Shown here: piece by piece, positions 1-9,885 of the stretch
Position numbering within the stretch: position 1 is the stretch's first letter
How the letters are laid out: each line of letters begins with the position of its first letter
DNA from: Pseudomonadota bacterium
GTDB lineage: Bacteria > Pseudomonadota > Gammaproteobacteria > Burkholderiales > Burkholderiaceae_C
Reading direction: 5' to 3'
Assembly: GCA_040384925.1 (NCBI GenBank)
Contig: JAZKIK010000465.1
Span: 1-49,172, forward strand
DNA length: 49,172 nucleotides
Notes under the pieces: generated by a model
Databases searched by the model: none
What the model was told of the DNA's origin: nothing
The model's input: only the letters and a program-made list of their open reading frames with translations
Program-made: the position numbers and the translations under genes

Positions 1-2
1 GC

Positions 3-116
3 AAGGGCGGCAAATACCTGGGCGTCACCGTCACCATCACCGCCACCAGCCGCGAGCAGCTTGATGAGCTGTACCGCACGCTGAGCACACATCCGATGGT
101 CAAGGTGGTGCTGTGA
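3..116 (+). CDS. ybeD: YbeD/DUF493 family protein, 3' part (5' end outside window)
   Basis: Frame from position 3 reads KGGKYLGVTVTITATSREQLDELYRTLSTHPMVKVVL*, the typical YbeD C-terminus. It lies directly upstream of lipB, the conserved order. Confidence 0.9.
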   Translation, partial: KGGKYLGVTVTITATSREQLDELYRTLSTHPMVKVVL

Positions 117-139
117 GCTTGTAAAACCAAAGCCTTCAC

Positions 140-850
140 ATGCAAATTGAAACCCGCTCCCTGGGCCTGGTGGACTACCTGCCCACCTTTGAAGCGATGA
201 AATCCTTCACGGCAACGAGAAATGCTCAAATTTCAGGCCAGACCGAGCCATTGCAAAATCAGGGCGGGCATGACCAGCTATGGGTTTGTGAGCACCCTCC
301 GGTTTATACACAAGGGCTGGCGGGCAAAACTGAACACATCCTGAACCCCGCCGGCATCCCGGTGGTGCAGACGGATCGCGGTGGACAGGTGACTTTTCAT
401 GGGCCAGGCCAGGTCGTGGCCTACCCCCTGATTGACTTGAAGCGGGCAGCTTATTACGTCAAGGAATACGTTTACCGGATTGAAGAGGCGGTCATTCGCA
501 CACTGGCCCACTTCGGCGTGACCGGGCACCGCGTGACGGGTGCGCCAGGCATTTATGTACGGCTTGAAGACCCGGCCTCACACGCGGCACTGACCGGCCC
601 AGCCAACCCGCTCAGGCTGTTTGAAGGCCTGGGCAAGATTGCCGCTTTGGGCATCAAGGTCAGCCGCCATTGCACTTACCACGGTGTGGCGCTGAACGTG
701 GCCATGGACCTGGAACCCTTCTCACGCATCAACCCCTGCGGTTATGCTGGCCTGACGACCACAGATCTTTCTACAATCGGGGTATCGGTCAGCTGGCAGG
801 ATGCAGCAGATGTACTGGGCAGCAAGCTCGTCACCTATCTGGCACCTTGA
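140..850 (+). CDS. lipB: Lipoyl(octanoyl) transferase LipB
   Basis: Motifs [40 protein letters not shown]. Confidence 0.97.
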   Translation: MQIETRSLGLVDYLPTFEAMKSFTATRNAQISGQTEPLQNQGGHDQLWVCEHPPVYTQGLAGKTEHILNPAGIPVVQTDRGGQVTFHGPGQVVAYPLIDLKRAAYYVKEYVYRIEEAVIRTLAHFGVTGHRVTGAPGIYVRLEDPASHAALTGPANPLRLFEGLGKIAALGIKVSRHCTYHGVALNVAMDLEPFSRINPCGYAGLTTTDLSTIGVSVSWQDAADVLGSKLVTYLAP

Positions 851-865
851 AAAAAGAAACACATC

Positions 866-1864
866 ATGAGCACCACAGAAGTCGTCAGAAACATTCAGAG
901 CCAGGAAGAATACAACCCGCTGGCCAAACAAAAGGCCGCAGCCAAGCTGTCGCGCATTCCGGTCAAGGTCGAGCGCGCTGAGGTCCTGAAAAAGCCTGAC
1001 TGGATTCGTGTCAAGGCTGGCAGCCCAAGCACCCGTTTTTACGAAATCAAGCAGATCCTGCGTGAAAACAAACTCAACACAGTGTGTGAAGAAGCCAGTT
1101 GCCCGAATATTGGCGAGTGTTTTGGCAAGGGCACGGCAACATTCATGATCATGGGCGACAAGTGCACGCGCCGCTGCCCGTTCTGCGATGTCGGCCACGG
1201 CCGGCCTGACCCGCTGGATACCGATGAGCCGCTGAATCTGGCCAAAACCATTGCCGCACTGCGGCTGAAATACGTAGTCATCACCAGCGTTGACCGCGAC
1301 GATCTGCGTGATGGCGGCAGCGGACATTTTGTTGAATGCATCAGCAAGATCCGTGAGCTTTCACCCGGCACAACGATTGAAATCCTGGTGCCCGACTTCC
1401 GTGGCCGTGATGACCGTGCGCTTGAAATCCTGAAGGCTGCACCGCCCGACGTGATGAACCACAACCTGGAAACCGCCCCACGCCTGTACAAGGAAGCACG
1501 GCCCGGAAGCGACTACCAGTTCAGCCTGAACCTGCTGAAAAAGTTCAAGGCCCTGCACCCAGATGTGCCAACCAAAAGCGGCATCATGGTGGGCCTGGGT
1601 GAAACCGATGAAGAAATCCTGCAGGTGATGCGTGACATGCGCGCACATGACATCAACATGCTGACGATTGGCCAGTACCTGGCACCGTCCATGTCACACC
1701 TGCCAGTGCGCCGCTACGTACACCCCGACACCTTCAGGATGTTTGAAGAAGAAGCCTACAAGATGGGCTTTACCCACGCAGCCGTGGGCGCAATGGTACG
1801 CAGCAGCTATCACGCAGACCAGCAGGCGCATGCTGCCGGTGTCGCCGTGAACAACCAGCAGTAA
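866..1864 (+). CDS. lipA: Lipoyl synthase LipA (radical SAM)
   Basis: [12 protein letters not shown] auxiliary-cluster motif, CTRRCPFC radical-SAM motif, C-terminal RSSYHA. Confidence 0.98.
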   Translation: MSTTEVVRNIQSQEEYNPLAKQKAAAKLSRIPVKVERAEVLKKPDWIRVKAGSPSTRFYEIKQILRENKLNTVCEEASCPNIGECFGKGTATFMIMGDKCTRRCPFCDVGHGRPDPLDTDEPLNLAKTIAALRLKYVVITSVDRDDLRDGGSGHFVECISKIRELSPGTTIEILVPDFRGRDDRALEILKAAPPDVMNHNLETAPRLYKEARPGSDYQFSLNLLKKFKALHPDVPTKSGIMVGLGETDEEILQVMRDMRAHDINMLTIGQYLAPSMSHLPVRRYVHPDTFRMFEEEAYKMGFTHAAVGAMVRSSYHADQQAHAAGVAVNNQQ

Positions 1865-1900
1865 GCGAACCCTTCAACCGCCCTTGCTCCTGAAGCTCAC

Positions 1901-1933
1901 ACCAGCCCGATGTGGCGGCTTCATCGGACTGGT
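1901..1933. terminator. Possible hairpin between convergent lipA and LysR genes
   Basis: ACCAG-c-CCGATG...CATCGG-a-CTGGT forms an imperfect stem. There is no clear U-tract. Confidence 0.35.
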
Positions 1934-1966
1934 CTACGGTCAAAAAGCACAGCTTGCAAGTGTGAT

Positions 1967-2920
1967 TCAAGCCTCAAGGTCGGCCCGTTCACTGACCAGC
2001 CTTGCCGCTACGTCTTCCAGGCAAGAGATCATCAGTCTGGCGCCCGGCGTCAAGCCGCGATTCTTGTTCCACAGCACACCTGCAGGCCGCACCAGCCCCG
2101 GCAAAGTCAAAGGCAGGACAGCCAGCGGCTGCGACACATCATTGGCTACGGTAGCTGCCATCACTGCGATTGAATCCGTGATCTGCAGGTAGGCACGCGC
2201 CAGATGGATTGACAAGGTTTCCAGATAGTTGCCGGGCAAGGCCACCCCGTGACGTTCAAGGGTACGTTCCAGAGGATCACGCAACAGCGAACCTGCCGGA
2301 GGCAGAACCCAGGGATAGGAATTCAGGTCAGCCCATTTCAGCCGCTTTCTTTTGGCCAGTGGATGATGGTGGCCTGTCATAAGCATCACAGGCTCTGAGA
2401 GCAACTCCTTTTCTTCAAAGCCATCCACGGAATTGCGTACCGGCAGCCTGCCGACAACCATATCCAGACGGCCTTGCCAAAGTTCGGACAAAAGGGAGTT
2501 GATGTTTCCCTCCGTTACCAGCACATGGGTGGCGGGAGAGCGCTGCTTGAGCTCGGCCAAGGCCTGTGGCAACAGCACCGGCGTCGAGGCCGGAAGTACC
2601 CCGATGTGGATCTTGCCACCCACCCCGGAACCAAGAGCTTTGAGTTCATCCCGCATCTGATGAATGCCGGTCAACAGAACTCGCGCGTGGCGTATCAGGC
2701 ACTCGCCATACGCGGTCGGCCGCAAGCCCTGCGCTGTTCGATTGAACAGTTCCAGCCCCAGGCCTTTTTCAAGTTCTGAAAGAGCTTTTGAGACTGCTGG
2801 CACTGTAACGTGAGATATGTCGGCAACCTGCTTCAAGTTACCAAAATCATCAAGCGCCACCAGCAGCCTGAGATGCCTTGCCTTCAGATTCACCTGCAGG
2901 TACCAATCGATCTGCGCCAT
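1967..2920 (-). CDS. LysR-family regulator (PcaQ/GbpR-like)
   Basis: N-terminal HTH (LKARHLRLLVAL...VTVPAVSKALSELEKGLG..LFNR) plus LysR substrate domain. Start placed at ATG 2920 (MAQIDW) rather than the ORF-track start 2977. Confidence 0.93.
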   Translation of the reverse strand: MAQIDWYLQVNLKARHLRLLVALDDFGNLKQVADISHVTVPAVSKALSELEKGLGLELFNRTAQGLRPTAYGECLIRHARVLLTGIHQMRDELKALGSGVGGKIHIGVLPASTPVLLPQALAELKQRSPATHVLVTEGNINSLLSELWQGRLDMVVGRLPVRNSVDGFEEKELLSEPVMLMTGHHHPLAKRKRLKWADLNSYPWVLPPAGSLLRDPLERTLERHGVALPGNYLETLSIHLARAYLQITDSIAVMAATVANDVSQPLAVLPLTLPGLVRPAGVLWNKNRGLTPGARLMISCLEDVAARLVSERADLEA

Positions 2921-2937
2921 ACACATCCTGTAGGAAG

Positions 2938-2959
2938 GAGTTAACCAATTGCTTAACTC
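2938..2959. promoter_or_regulatory. Palindromic operator in the LysR/Bug divergent promoter
   Basis: GAGTTAACCAATTGCTTAACTC is a 22-bp palindrome with one mispaired position, just upstream of the LysR start. It resembles the ATAACC-N4-GGTTAA type of PcaQ site. Confidence 0.6.
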
Positions 2960-3045
2960 GCTGGAAATTTTACTCAATCGACGAATCGCGCCTATCCATG
3001 CAACATCGTCAGAAATGACCAGAAATCAAAATATAAGGAGACAGT

Positions 3046-4014
3046 GTGAGCAGAAGACGTTTCATCAGACATTGTGCAGTGACGCTGGTATTCGCCGCAA
3101 ATTGCGCACCGGGGCATGCCCTGTCCTATCCAGTCAAACCAATCCAGCTCTTCGTTGCATTTGCCCCAGGCGGAGCAGGCGATATTGTTGCCCGACTCGT
3201 GGCAAAAAAGATGAGCGAGAACATGGGCCAGCCAGTGATCATAGAAAACCGTCCCAGTCCCGTGGTAGCCGTTGTCACTGTTGCAAAAGCCAGACCGGAC
3301 GGCTACACCATGATGATGGCGGGCAGTGGCACAGCCTTGACCTCCGTTCTATTCAAAAGCCTTCCCTACGATTTGATGGCGGACTTCCAGCATGTTTCCA
3401 CGCTGGCATCATTTGACCTGTCATTGATTACGAGTGGCCAGTCTGGTTTTAGCTCTGTTACGGAAGTCCTGGCTTATGCGAAGACCAACCCCGGCAAGCT
3501 CAATATCGGCACCATCCGCGTTGGCAGCACACAAAATCTTGTAGCAGAAATGTTCAAGTCGATGGCAGGCATTGATGCTGTCATCGTGCCCTACAAGACC
3601 ACATCCGAAATAATTGCCGCACTGCGTTCAAGAGACATTCAGCTAGCAATGGAAATCCTTCCTCCTGTCCTTGGGCAGATCACAGGCAAGAACGTCAAGG
3701 CACTCGCGGTCACATCGAACAGCCGGTTTCCCGGCCTGCCTGAAGTGCCAACCCTGTCGGAAAGCGGCATCCCCGGCTTTGAAGCCAGCTCCTGGAACGG
3801 CATCAGCGTGCCTGCCCATACACCGCCCTCGGTTGTGAGTCGCCTGGCCAAGGAAATTGAAACCGCCATCGCGTCACCTGAAGTGCAAAAGGAATTGCAG
3901 GCCGTGGGGGCAGTTGCGCGTTCCAGCTCGCCGGAACAGATGACACAGCGTATGAAAAGCGACATGGCCAAGTGGAAGACTGTCATCGAGAAGGCCGGGA
4001 TTCCAAGGCAGTAA
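3046..4014 (+). CDS. Bug/TctC tripartite tricarboxylate transporter substrate-binding protein
   Basis: YPVKPIQLFVAFAPGGAGDIVAR, PDGYT, VPYK, PEVPTLSESG. RBS AAGGAG precedes the GTG. Confidence 0.93.
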   Translation: MSRRRFIRHCAVTLVFAANCAPGHALSYPVKPIQLFVAFAPGGAGDIVARLVAKKMSENMGQPVIIENRPSPVVAVVTVAKARPDGYTMMMAGSGTALTSVLFKSLPYDLMADFQHVSTLASFDLSLITSGQSGFSSVTEVLAYAKTNPGKLNIGTIRVGSTQNLVAEMFKSMAGIDAVIVPYKTTSEIIAALRSRDIQLAMEILPPVLGQITGKNVKALAVTSNSRFPGLPEVPTLSESGIPGFEASSWNGISVPAHTPPSVVSRLAKEIETAIASPEVQKELQAVGAVARSSSPEQMTQRMKSDMAKWKTVIEKAGIPRQ

Positions 4015-4166
4015 TTCCCATTTCCAGATCAATCGTGAACGCGAAGGCGAAGCGCAGACAGACAGACAGACAGCACGGTTGATATGGGAGTGGAATAAAA
4101 CAGGCAGGAAATCGGCCATTCAGGTCAACGCAGAAATGGGTCACCGCTCAATTCGACCCAGAAGGC

Positions 4167-5297
4167 TCAGAACGTGTGCTTGATGCCCATAATGACGGAA
4201 CTCTGCGAACCACCCGCTCTGGGTACAGGTATGTTCGAGCTGGCAGCCAGTGCAAGATTTCCCCCGTTCCTGATATAGGCAGTGCTCACATACAGATTGG
4301 TACGCCTGGACAGCCAGTAGCTTGCACGCAGGTTCAACATCGCCGCCTTATTGGAAGAGTTGTCGAATTTGATGTGTGACACCATGCCATCGATGACCAG
4401 TGCCGTGGAGGGCACAGGCACCTGGGCTGCAAGCCAGTAAAGACCGCTCTTCGGGGTCGCACTGCCTTCGTTATTGCGTCTCAACACACCCACGCCGATC
4501 TGATTCTTGTCTATTTTCATATAGGCATTCACCGTCAGTCGAGCATCTTTCTTGTCCGGAGATGTCAAACCACCAAAGGTGGCCGGGACAGCTGCGAAGG
4601 TCGCGGTCGCTGCAAGGGCTGGTGTTCCGCCATGTTGCCGCTCGTAAGCCCCCACCACACCCCAGCTGCCAGCATCGTACTTCACCATCAATGACCATTC
4701 CCGGCATTGCTTCGCGCTGGACGTTTCACCCGGGCAATTTGTGGCAGCAGCACTTGTAGTGGCTGCGGCAGGGCTGGCGTCGCGGCCAAAACTGTAGTTC
4801 AAGCCACCACTGAAACCACCCCATTTGCCCATGTAGGAAATGGAATTGTCGGCGCGAGCATTGGGAATCCCGGAATCGAGCACACCCGTCCCATGTGCAC
4901 CGGCCCCAAACAGGTCGGCGTCCATCATGCCGAAAAAACGCATGGTGAGCTGGCGGCCCACGGTCACGGTTCCGAAATCCCCTTTTAAACCGACAAATGC
5001 CTGGCGACCAAACAGGCGTCCACCCTGGCCTGAGGCACCGGTATCCACCGCAATGCCGGACTCCAGCGTAAACACTGCGTTCCATCCACCGCCAAGATCT
5101 TCGTTCCCCCGCACTCCCCACCGGGAAGCAGCTGTTCCTGACGCGACACGATACTCAGGACCGCTGGTGCCGCTGGCACGCTCCAGGCCCTGGTCAATCA
5201 GGCCGTATAAAGTGACGCTGCCCTGGCTTTGCTGCGCGAATGCAGGCACGGTGCCCATCATGGCTGCGCAAAAGTAAATACCTGTTCTGTAGTTCAC
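4167..5297 (-). CDS. Gram-negative porin (Porin_4 type)
   Basis: Signal peptide ending AFAQ, SVTLYGLID, SRWGVRGNEDLGGG, C-terminal GIKHTF. Start placed at GTG 5297 because GGAG lies 6 nt upstream. Confidence 0.9.
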   Translation of the reverse strand: MNYRTGIYFCAAMMGTVPAFAQQSQGSVTLYGLIDQGLERASGTSGPEYRVASGTAASRWGVRGNEDLGGGWNAVFTLESGIAVDTGASGQGGRLFGRQAFVGLKGDFGTVTVGRQLTMRFFGMMDADLFGAGAHGTGVLDSGIPNARADNSISYMGKWGGFSGGLNYSFGRDASPAAATTSAAATNCPGETSSAKQCREWSLMVKYDAGSWGVVGAYERQHGGTPALAATATFAAVPATFGGLTSPDKKDARLTVNAYMKIDKNQIGVGVLRRNNEGSATPKSGLYWLAAQVPVPSTALVIDGMVSHIKFDNSSNKAAMLNLRASYWLSRRTNLYVSTAYIRNGGNLALAASSNIPVPRAGGSQSSVIMGIKHTF

Positions 5298-5351
5298 GTA
5301 TGTCTCCGTTTGTCTTTTGTTTTTTTTGTTTTTTGGTTCTTTCGTGCTCAC

Positions 5352-6248
5352 TCAGCCCAGACTGCCGGTCGTCTCATCAAACAACTCATCAACCGACAGG
5401 CGGTGCGGGATGATCTTCTGGTCCAGCGCCCAGTCGATAGCCAGCTGAAGCCCTTTGCGGTTTGCCTCCAGCCCGATGGGTGGAAAGATAGCGGGCACAC
5501 CGCCTTCGGCCAAAGCACGGCTTTCGGCGACCATCCGGTACAGTTCGCGAACAATGTCCGGCCGCTTTTTCGAGATGTCCTCATGCACTACGAACATGTG
5601 GTTGATAGGCACAACACCTTCACGTGAAAACCAGTCTTTGGCTGCGACTTGTGCATCCGGAACGAGTGTGCGTACACGCGGGTCTTTTGGCATGTCTTCA
5701 CCAAGCAGCGCGGCAGTTAACTCGCCATCGAGCATCATTTGCGGAATTGATGACCCCTGCGACAATCGCACGCAGTTCACCGGATCACTGTATTCGGCAA
5801 GATGGCCGTCGCCCAACGTCATCCAAGTCACTTTATCGAGATCGACACCATATTCGTGACGCAGGATGCCCCGAATCCACAAGGCAGTAGTCTGGGTGTA
5901 GGTACGGACACCCACTTTTTTGCCCTCTATGTCCTTGGGATTGACCTGACCAAAATCAATATTGAAACCTGCGCAGTGGTGCTGAAAGCGCCCTGAAATC
6001 GGGGCGGGCAACAGGACATATGGTTTTCCATAGGCCTTGGCTTGCAAAAAGGTGACAATGGCCAACTCACCTGCATCAAACCTGCTTTCACGCACCATGG
6101 CCTTGAAACCGTTGTGCGCCGGGGTCGGGCCACAAAAGTCGAGCTTGACGATATCGGAGCTGACCCGCCCGTCCTTCATCGCCTTCGTCACAGGATAGTC
6201 GGCCAGATTGGTGCGCAGCGTCGGCGAATCGATTGCAGTGCTTGTCAT
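5352..6248 (-). CDS. 4,5-dihydroxyphthalate decarboxylase-like (Pht5-type, PBP2-fold) protein, copy 1
   Basis: FDAGELA, PKDIEGKKVGVRTYTQTTALWIRGIL, GVVPINH, LSVDELF. Start at ATG 6248. Confidence 0.75.
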   Translation of the reverse strand: MTSTAIDSPTLRTNLADYPVTKAMKDGRVSSDIVKLDFCGPTPAHNGFKAMVRESRFDAGELAIVTFLQAKAYGKPYVLLPAPISGRFQHHCAGFNIDFGQVNPKDIEGKKVGVRTYTQTTALWIRGILRHEYGVDLDKVTWMTLGDGHLAEYSDPVNCVRLSQGSSIPQMMLDGELTAALLGEDMPKDPRVRTLVPDAQVAAKDWFSREGVVPINHMFVVHEDISKKRPDIVRELYRMVAESRALAEGGVPAIFPPIGLEANRKGLQLAIDWALDQKIIPHRLSVDELFDETTGSLG

Positions 6249-6276
6249 TTTTTTGTTTCCTTGTTTTTGAATAGAA

Positions 6277-7824
6277 CTACAGACGGACCTCAATGAGCAG
6301 CGGACCCGGCTCACGTGTCGAGTCCACCATGGCCTTGTGAAAAGCCTCTGCCGTGTCCACAGCGACGGCAGGCACACCCATGCTTTTGGCCATGGCCAGC
6401 CAGTCGATGCGCGGGCGGTCAATATCAATCATGGCCAGCGCACGCGCGCCAGGAGAGCCCGCTCCCATGTTGGCGTACTCCGCCTTGAGGATGGCGTAGC
6501 TGTTGTTGGCAAAGATGATCGTCGTGACATTCAGCCCCTCACGCGCCTGCGTCCACAGGGACTGGATGGTGTACATGGCGCTGCCATCGCCCACCGTGCA
6601 GAACACGCGCCTGTCTGGGCAGGCCAGTGCAGCCCCCGTGGCCACCGGAGTGCTGTAACCGATGGAGCCGCCCATGTTGTTGATCAAATCATGGGGGGCG
6701 GCTCCCATCGTGTGTCCCATCGACTCGCGTCCAGTGGTCAGCGATTCGTCCACCAGAATGCAGTTTTCTGGCAGCGCTGCAGCCAGGGCATGCGCCACAC
6801 TGAGCGGATTAAGTGCACCCGTAGGCACAACGGTTTGAACTCGGGATTGCAGGACGGGTGAGATTGCCCTTGCACCCAACGCATCCAGCAGCTTCTCAAA
6901 TGCCAGCGCACTGTCTTCGTCTGCCGCGACCAGCGGATGCACCAGCGTTCCCTCGGTCTTGAGCAAACTGGGTTTGTCCGGGTAGCTGAAAAAGGCAACC
7001 GGCTCCACTGTTTCAACCGTGATGATGTGCTTGAAATTCTTGAGGAAGGCGATTGCCTGCGGCACGGCGTAGGGAATGCGCTCGATGGGCACACGCCCCG
7101 CACCACGCTCGATTCGTGCCGTGAAAAATTGCGAACCCAGCCGGGCACCTGTGGCCGCAGCAACTTGTCCAGCCCGCTCCAATGCCAGCCCACGCGTCGC
7201 CCTGTTGGCCAGAATGATCAATGCCGGCTCACCCAAGCGCAACACCTTTGCAATATGTGTAATGCGCCCGGCGTCTGGGACCTTGCGCGCAGCAACTGCG
7301 CGCTGCGGCAGCACCATGGGCGCGCCGGCATCCTGCCACGAAGTGTCGCCCGGCAGGATCAGGGTGGATATCTGGCCGGGGTGGCCGGATGCTGTTGCCA
7401 CGGCCTGCGCTGCATCCCATGCAATGCCGCCCGCTGAATCGGCGCGGCGAACCCAATGACTTAGGGGACGCGCCAAGCCTTCGATATCCGAGGTCAGCGG
7501 CGGATCGTATTTGAGGTGCGAGGCTGAATGTTCGCCGATGATGTTGACCATGCCGGACGAGGCACGTCTGGCATTGTGGATATTGGCCAGCCCGTTTGCC
7601 AGCCCGGGTCCGAGATGGAGCAAGGTGGAGGCCGGCCTGTCCTTCATGCGATACCAGCCATCGGCAGCACCGGTGGCAACACCCTCGAACAGGCACAGCA
7701 CACTGCGCATCCCGGGGTTTTCCAGCGCTGCCAGAAAATGCATTTCCGAGGTGCCGGGGTTGGCAAAACAAATATCAACACCCTGATCGACCAGCGTGGC
7801 AACCAGGCTTTCTGCGCCGTTCAT
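6277..7824 (-). CDS. ThDP-dependent enzyme (acetolactate synthase large-subunit-like, probable decarboxylase)
   Basis: FANPGTSEM, LFEGVATGAADG, and the ThDP motif GDGSAMY...NN. Confidence 0.88.
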   Translation of the reverse strand: MNGAESLVATLVDQGVDICFANPGTSEMHFLAALENPGMRSVLCLFEGVATGAADGWYRMKDRPASTLLHLGPGLANGLANIHNARRASSGMVNIIGEHSASHLKYDPPLTSDIEGLARPLSHWVRRADSAGGIAWDAAQAVATASGHPGQISTLILPGDTSWQDAGAPMVLPQRAVAARKVPDAGRITHIAKVLRLGEPALIILANRATRGLALERAGQVAAATGARLGSQFFTARIERGAGRVPIERIPYAVPQAIAFLKNFKHIITVETVEPVAFFSYPDKPSLLKTEGTLVHPLVAADEDSALAFEKLLDALGARAISPVLQSRVQTVVPTGALNPLSVAHALAAALPENCILVDESLTTGRESMGHTMGAAPHDLINNMGGSIGYSTPVATGAALACPDRRVFCTVGDGSAMYTIQSLWTQAREGLNVTTIIFANNSYAILKAEYANMGAGSPGARALAMIDIDRPRIDWLAMAKSMGVPAVAVDTAEAFHKAMVDSTREPGPLLIEVRL

Positions 7825-8682
7825 TCAGTAACCTGCCATGTCACGTGCCAGGCCGACCACACCGTAGGTACGCTGCGGGGCCGACATCAGGAAACTGTAA
7901 CCCTCGCCCAGCAGGCGCTTGTGGTTTTTGGCGGTGACATGCGGATTGCCGACCACCACCTTGTGCTTGTGGCAGATTGCGACGATTTTTTGCATGGCAT
8001 CGACGACCACGGGGTGCTCATACTGACGCGCGAAACCTAGTTCCTGGCTGAGATCGCCTTCGCCAATCAGGATGAAACCAATACCGGGCACATTGGAAAG
8101 GATGTCATCAAGATTTTCAATCGCCTGGGTGCTTTCGCACATCAATCCGACAAGAATCTCACCTTGTGGAGCCAGCGGCCAGACATCGGCCCTGGCATAG
8201 TACTCGGGCATGCTCAGCCCCCAGTAGCGTGCCGCTGTTGCCGGGCCATCGCCACGCACGCCTTTGGGTTCGTAAAGGGGTACGTTTTTTGGGCGCGCGT
8301 AACGGCAGGAGGCCACGGCGTTGTATGCCTGCTCCACTGTCGCTATGTGCGGCCAGATCACGCCATAACAGCCACGATCCAGCACCTGCTTGGCGAAGGA
8401 CTGGTTCATCTCCACGCCATTGGCCGGAATGCGGGCAATCGGCGTTACCTTGGGAGCCAGGGTGCCGGACTCGACAATCTGCTTGCGGCTGAGCATGTAC
8501 TGCATGGCGTCCCCCAGGGCAGACACGTCGTAGGGATTGTGTTCCATCTCGAACACGATGCCGTCATACGGCGCGTCGCTCATCTCGATGGCAGTTTGCT
8601 TGTCCAGCTTGGAGAACGCGGCGAAGGCCGGCTTGCCTTCTTCAAAGGCGCGGATGATGTTGTTGAGACGGATGTTGCTCAT
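7825..8682 (-). CDS. HpcH/HpaI aldolase family protein
   Basis: FEMEH, ARIP, LDRG..GVIWP, MCES..AIENLDDIL, IGEGDLS. Confidence 0.88.
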   Translation of the reverse strand: MSNIRLNNIIRAFEEGKPAFAAFSKLDKQTAIEMSDAPYDGIVFEMEHNPYDVSALGDAMQYMLSRKQIVESGTLAPKVTPIARIPANGVEMNQSFAKQVLDRGCYGVIWPHIATVEQAYNAVASCRYARPKNVPLYEPKGVRGDGPATAARYWGLSMPEYYARADVWPLAPQGEILVGLMCESTQAIENLDDILSNVPGIGFILIGEGDLSQELGFARQYEHPVVVDAMQKIVAICHKHKVVVGNPHVTAKNHKRLLGEGYSFLMSAPQRTYGVVGLARDMAGY

Positions 8683-8754
8683 GCTCTTTTTTCTCTCGGA
8701 TTTTTAAATGTGAAATTCGTCACTGTGTGTCGTCGATACCCGGCGGCAACAGAA

Positions 8755-9753
8755 TCAGGTCGCGGCATTCCAGTACATGAAGCCCATTCCCTCACCCGTG
8801 CCGGCCGCTGTGCGCCAGCAAGGCACGTAGTCAACCAGGGTCATGGGCGCACCGGTGTGCTGTAGCGCTTTCATGACAGTCGAGTAAATCTTGATCTCCG
8901 AGGTGCCTGACTGGAACCAGCCATCGGGGATGGCCTTCAGGCCCTCATAGTCGTAGCTGGCCAGTTTCTTCAGGATGTCCTGGTCAAACTCTTCGTCATT
9001 GACAAAGTGCGACAGGCCACCCGAGGCGATGATGCCCACGCGCACATCGTCGGGCCATGCCAGCAGTGCGTCACGCAGCACATCACCAAACTCAATGCAA
9101 CGCGCCATCGAGGGCTGGGTCGGTGGGTAAAACAGATTCATCAGTACCGGCACATGAGGCGGCGGCTTGTCTCCCATGATCTGGTGGTAGACAAAACTAT
9201 AGGCATGCGGAACAACGGGGTAGTCGGCCTTTTTTTTCATCTGCGTTTGCATCCACACGTTTTCAGGCCACTCGAACAGGTCGGTCATATCAAAGCCTTT
9301 GGCTTGAAATACCTTGAGCAGATGCGTCGCCAGTTCCGGATGGCACTTGTGCACCACATGGTGGTCGGGGGCATACACCGGGCGCTGCGGCGGGCCGTTG
9401 TGAACTTCCGCGCCGCTGTATATGGCGATGGAAGGTGAGCAGTGAGGAAAGATCTCCTTCTGATCCTTTCCCAGCACGATGGCCACATCAATGTTGGCAC
9501 GCTGGTAGACGGCGGCCATTTCGTCAAGCGCTGCGCGGCAGCGCGCAGCCCGCGCCATACGCTCTTCGACGCTCAGGTATTTTTCGAATGCAGCACCACG
9601 GTGCGCCTCCAGCTCCGGGTAGGTCCAGGTCCGGTTGCGATACCAAAGCTGCGGATTGTTGCGGTCACGCTCACCATTTACCAGCCAGTCTTCCGGTGCC
9701 TGACCCAGCATCCCGCTGTGCGGTACCGCCATCCCGAATACAATTTTTGCCAC
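8755..9753 (-). CDS. Type II extradiol dioxygenase, DesZ/LigZ-like (LigB superfamily)
   Basis: AKIVFGMAVPHS, IDVAIVLGKDQKEIF, PHAYSFVY, FYPPTQP, ASGGLSH, SGTSEI, DYVPCWRTAAGTG. GTG start at 9753 with GAGG RBS. Confidence 0.82.
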   Translation of the reverse strand: MAKIVFGMAVPHSGMLGQAPEDWLVNGERDRNNPQLWYRNRTWTYPELEAHRGAAFEKYLSVEERMARAARCRAALDEMAAVYQRANIDVAIVLGKDQKEIFPHCSPSIAIYSGAEVHNGPPQRPVYAPDHHVVHKCHPELATHLLKVFQAKGFDMTDLFEWPENVWMQTQMKKKADYPVVPHAYSFVYHQIMGDKPPPHVPVLMNLFYPPTQPSMARCIEFGDVLRDALLAWPDDVRVGIIASGGLSHFVNDEEFDQDILKKLASYDYEGLKAIPDGWFQSGTSEIKIYSTVMKALQHTGAPMTLVDYVPCWRTAAGTGEGMGFMYWNAAT

Positions 9754-9885
9754 ATATGCCTCAGCAGTCTTATGGATTTGAAGGAAAAGCATTTCCGCCA
9801 GGGCGGAGAATGCAAGGAATACTTTTCGACAGGAAATCAGGCGGCTTCACTCACCTTGGGTTCCCATGTAGGGTGAAGCGCCAGT

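Noticed and set aside
4054-4072. Short (CAGA)n intergenic microsatellite
   Set aside because: Only about four units between convergent genes, with no evident function.
5298-5351. Poly-A/T-rich stretch as a phase-variable tract in the porin
   Set aside because: It probably lies upstream of the true GTG start at 5297, and the runs are interrupted.
6277-7824. Calling the ThDP enzyme biosynthetic ilvB/ilvI
   Set aside because: It is shorter than typical, has no small subunit or ilvC nearby, and sits inside a catabolic operon.
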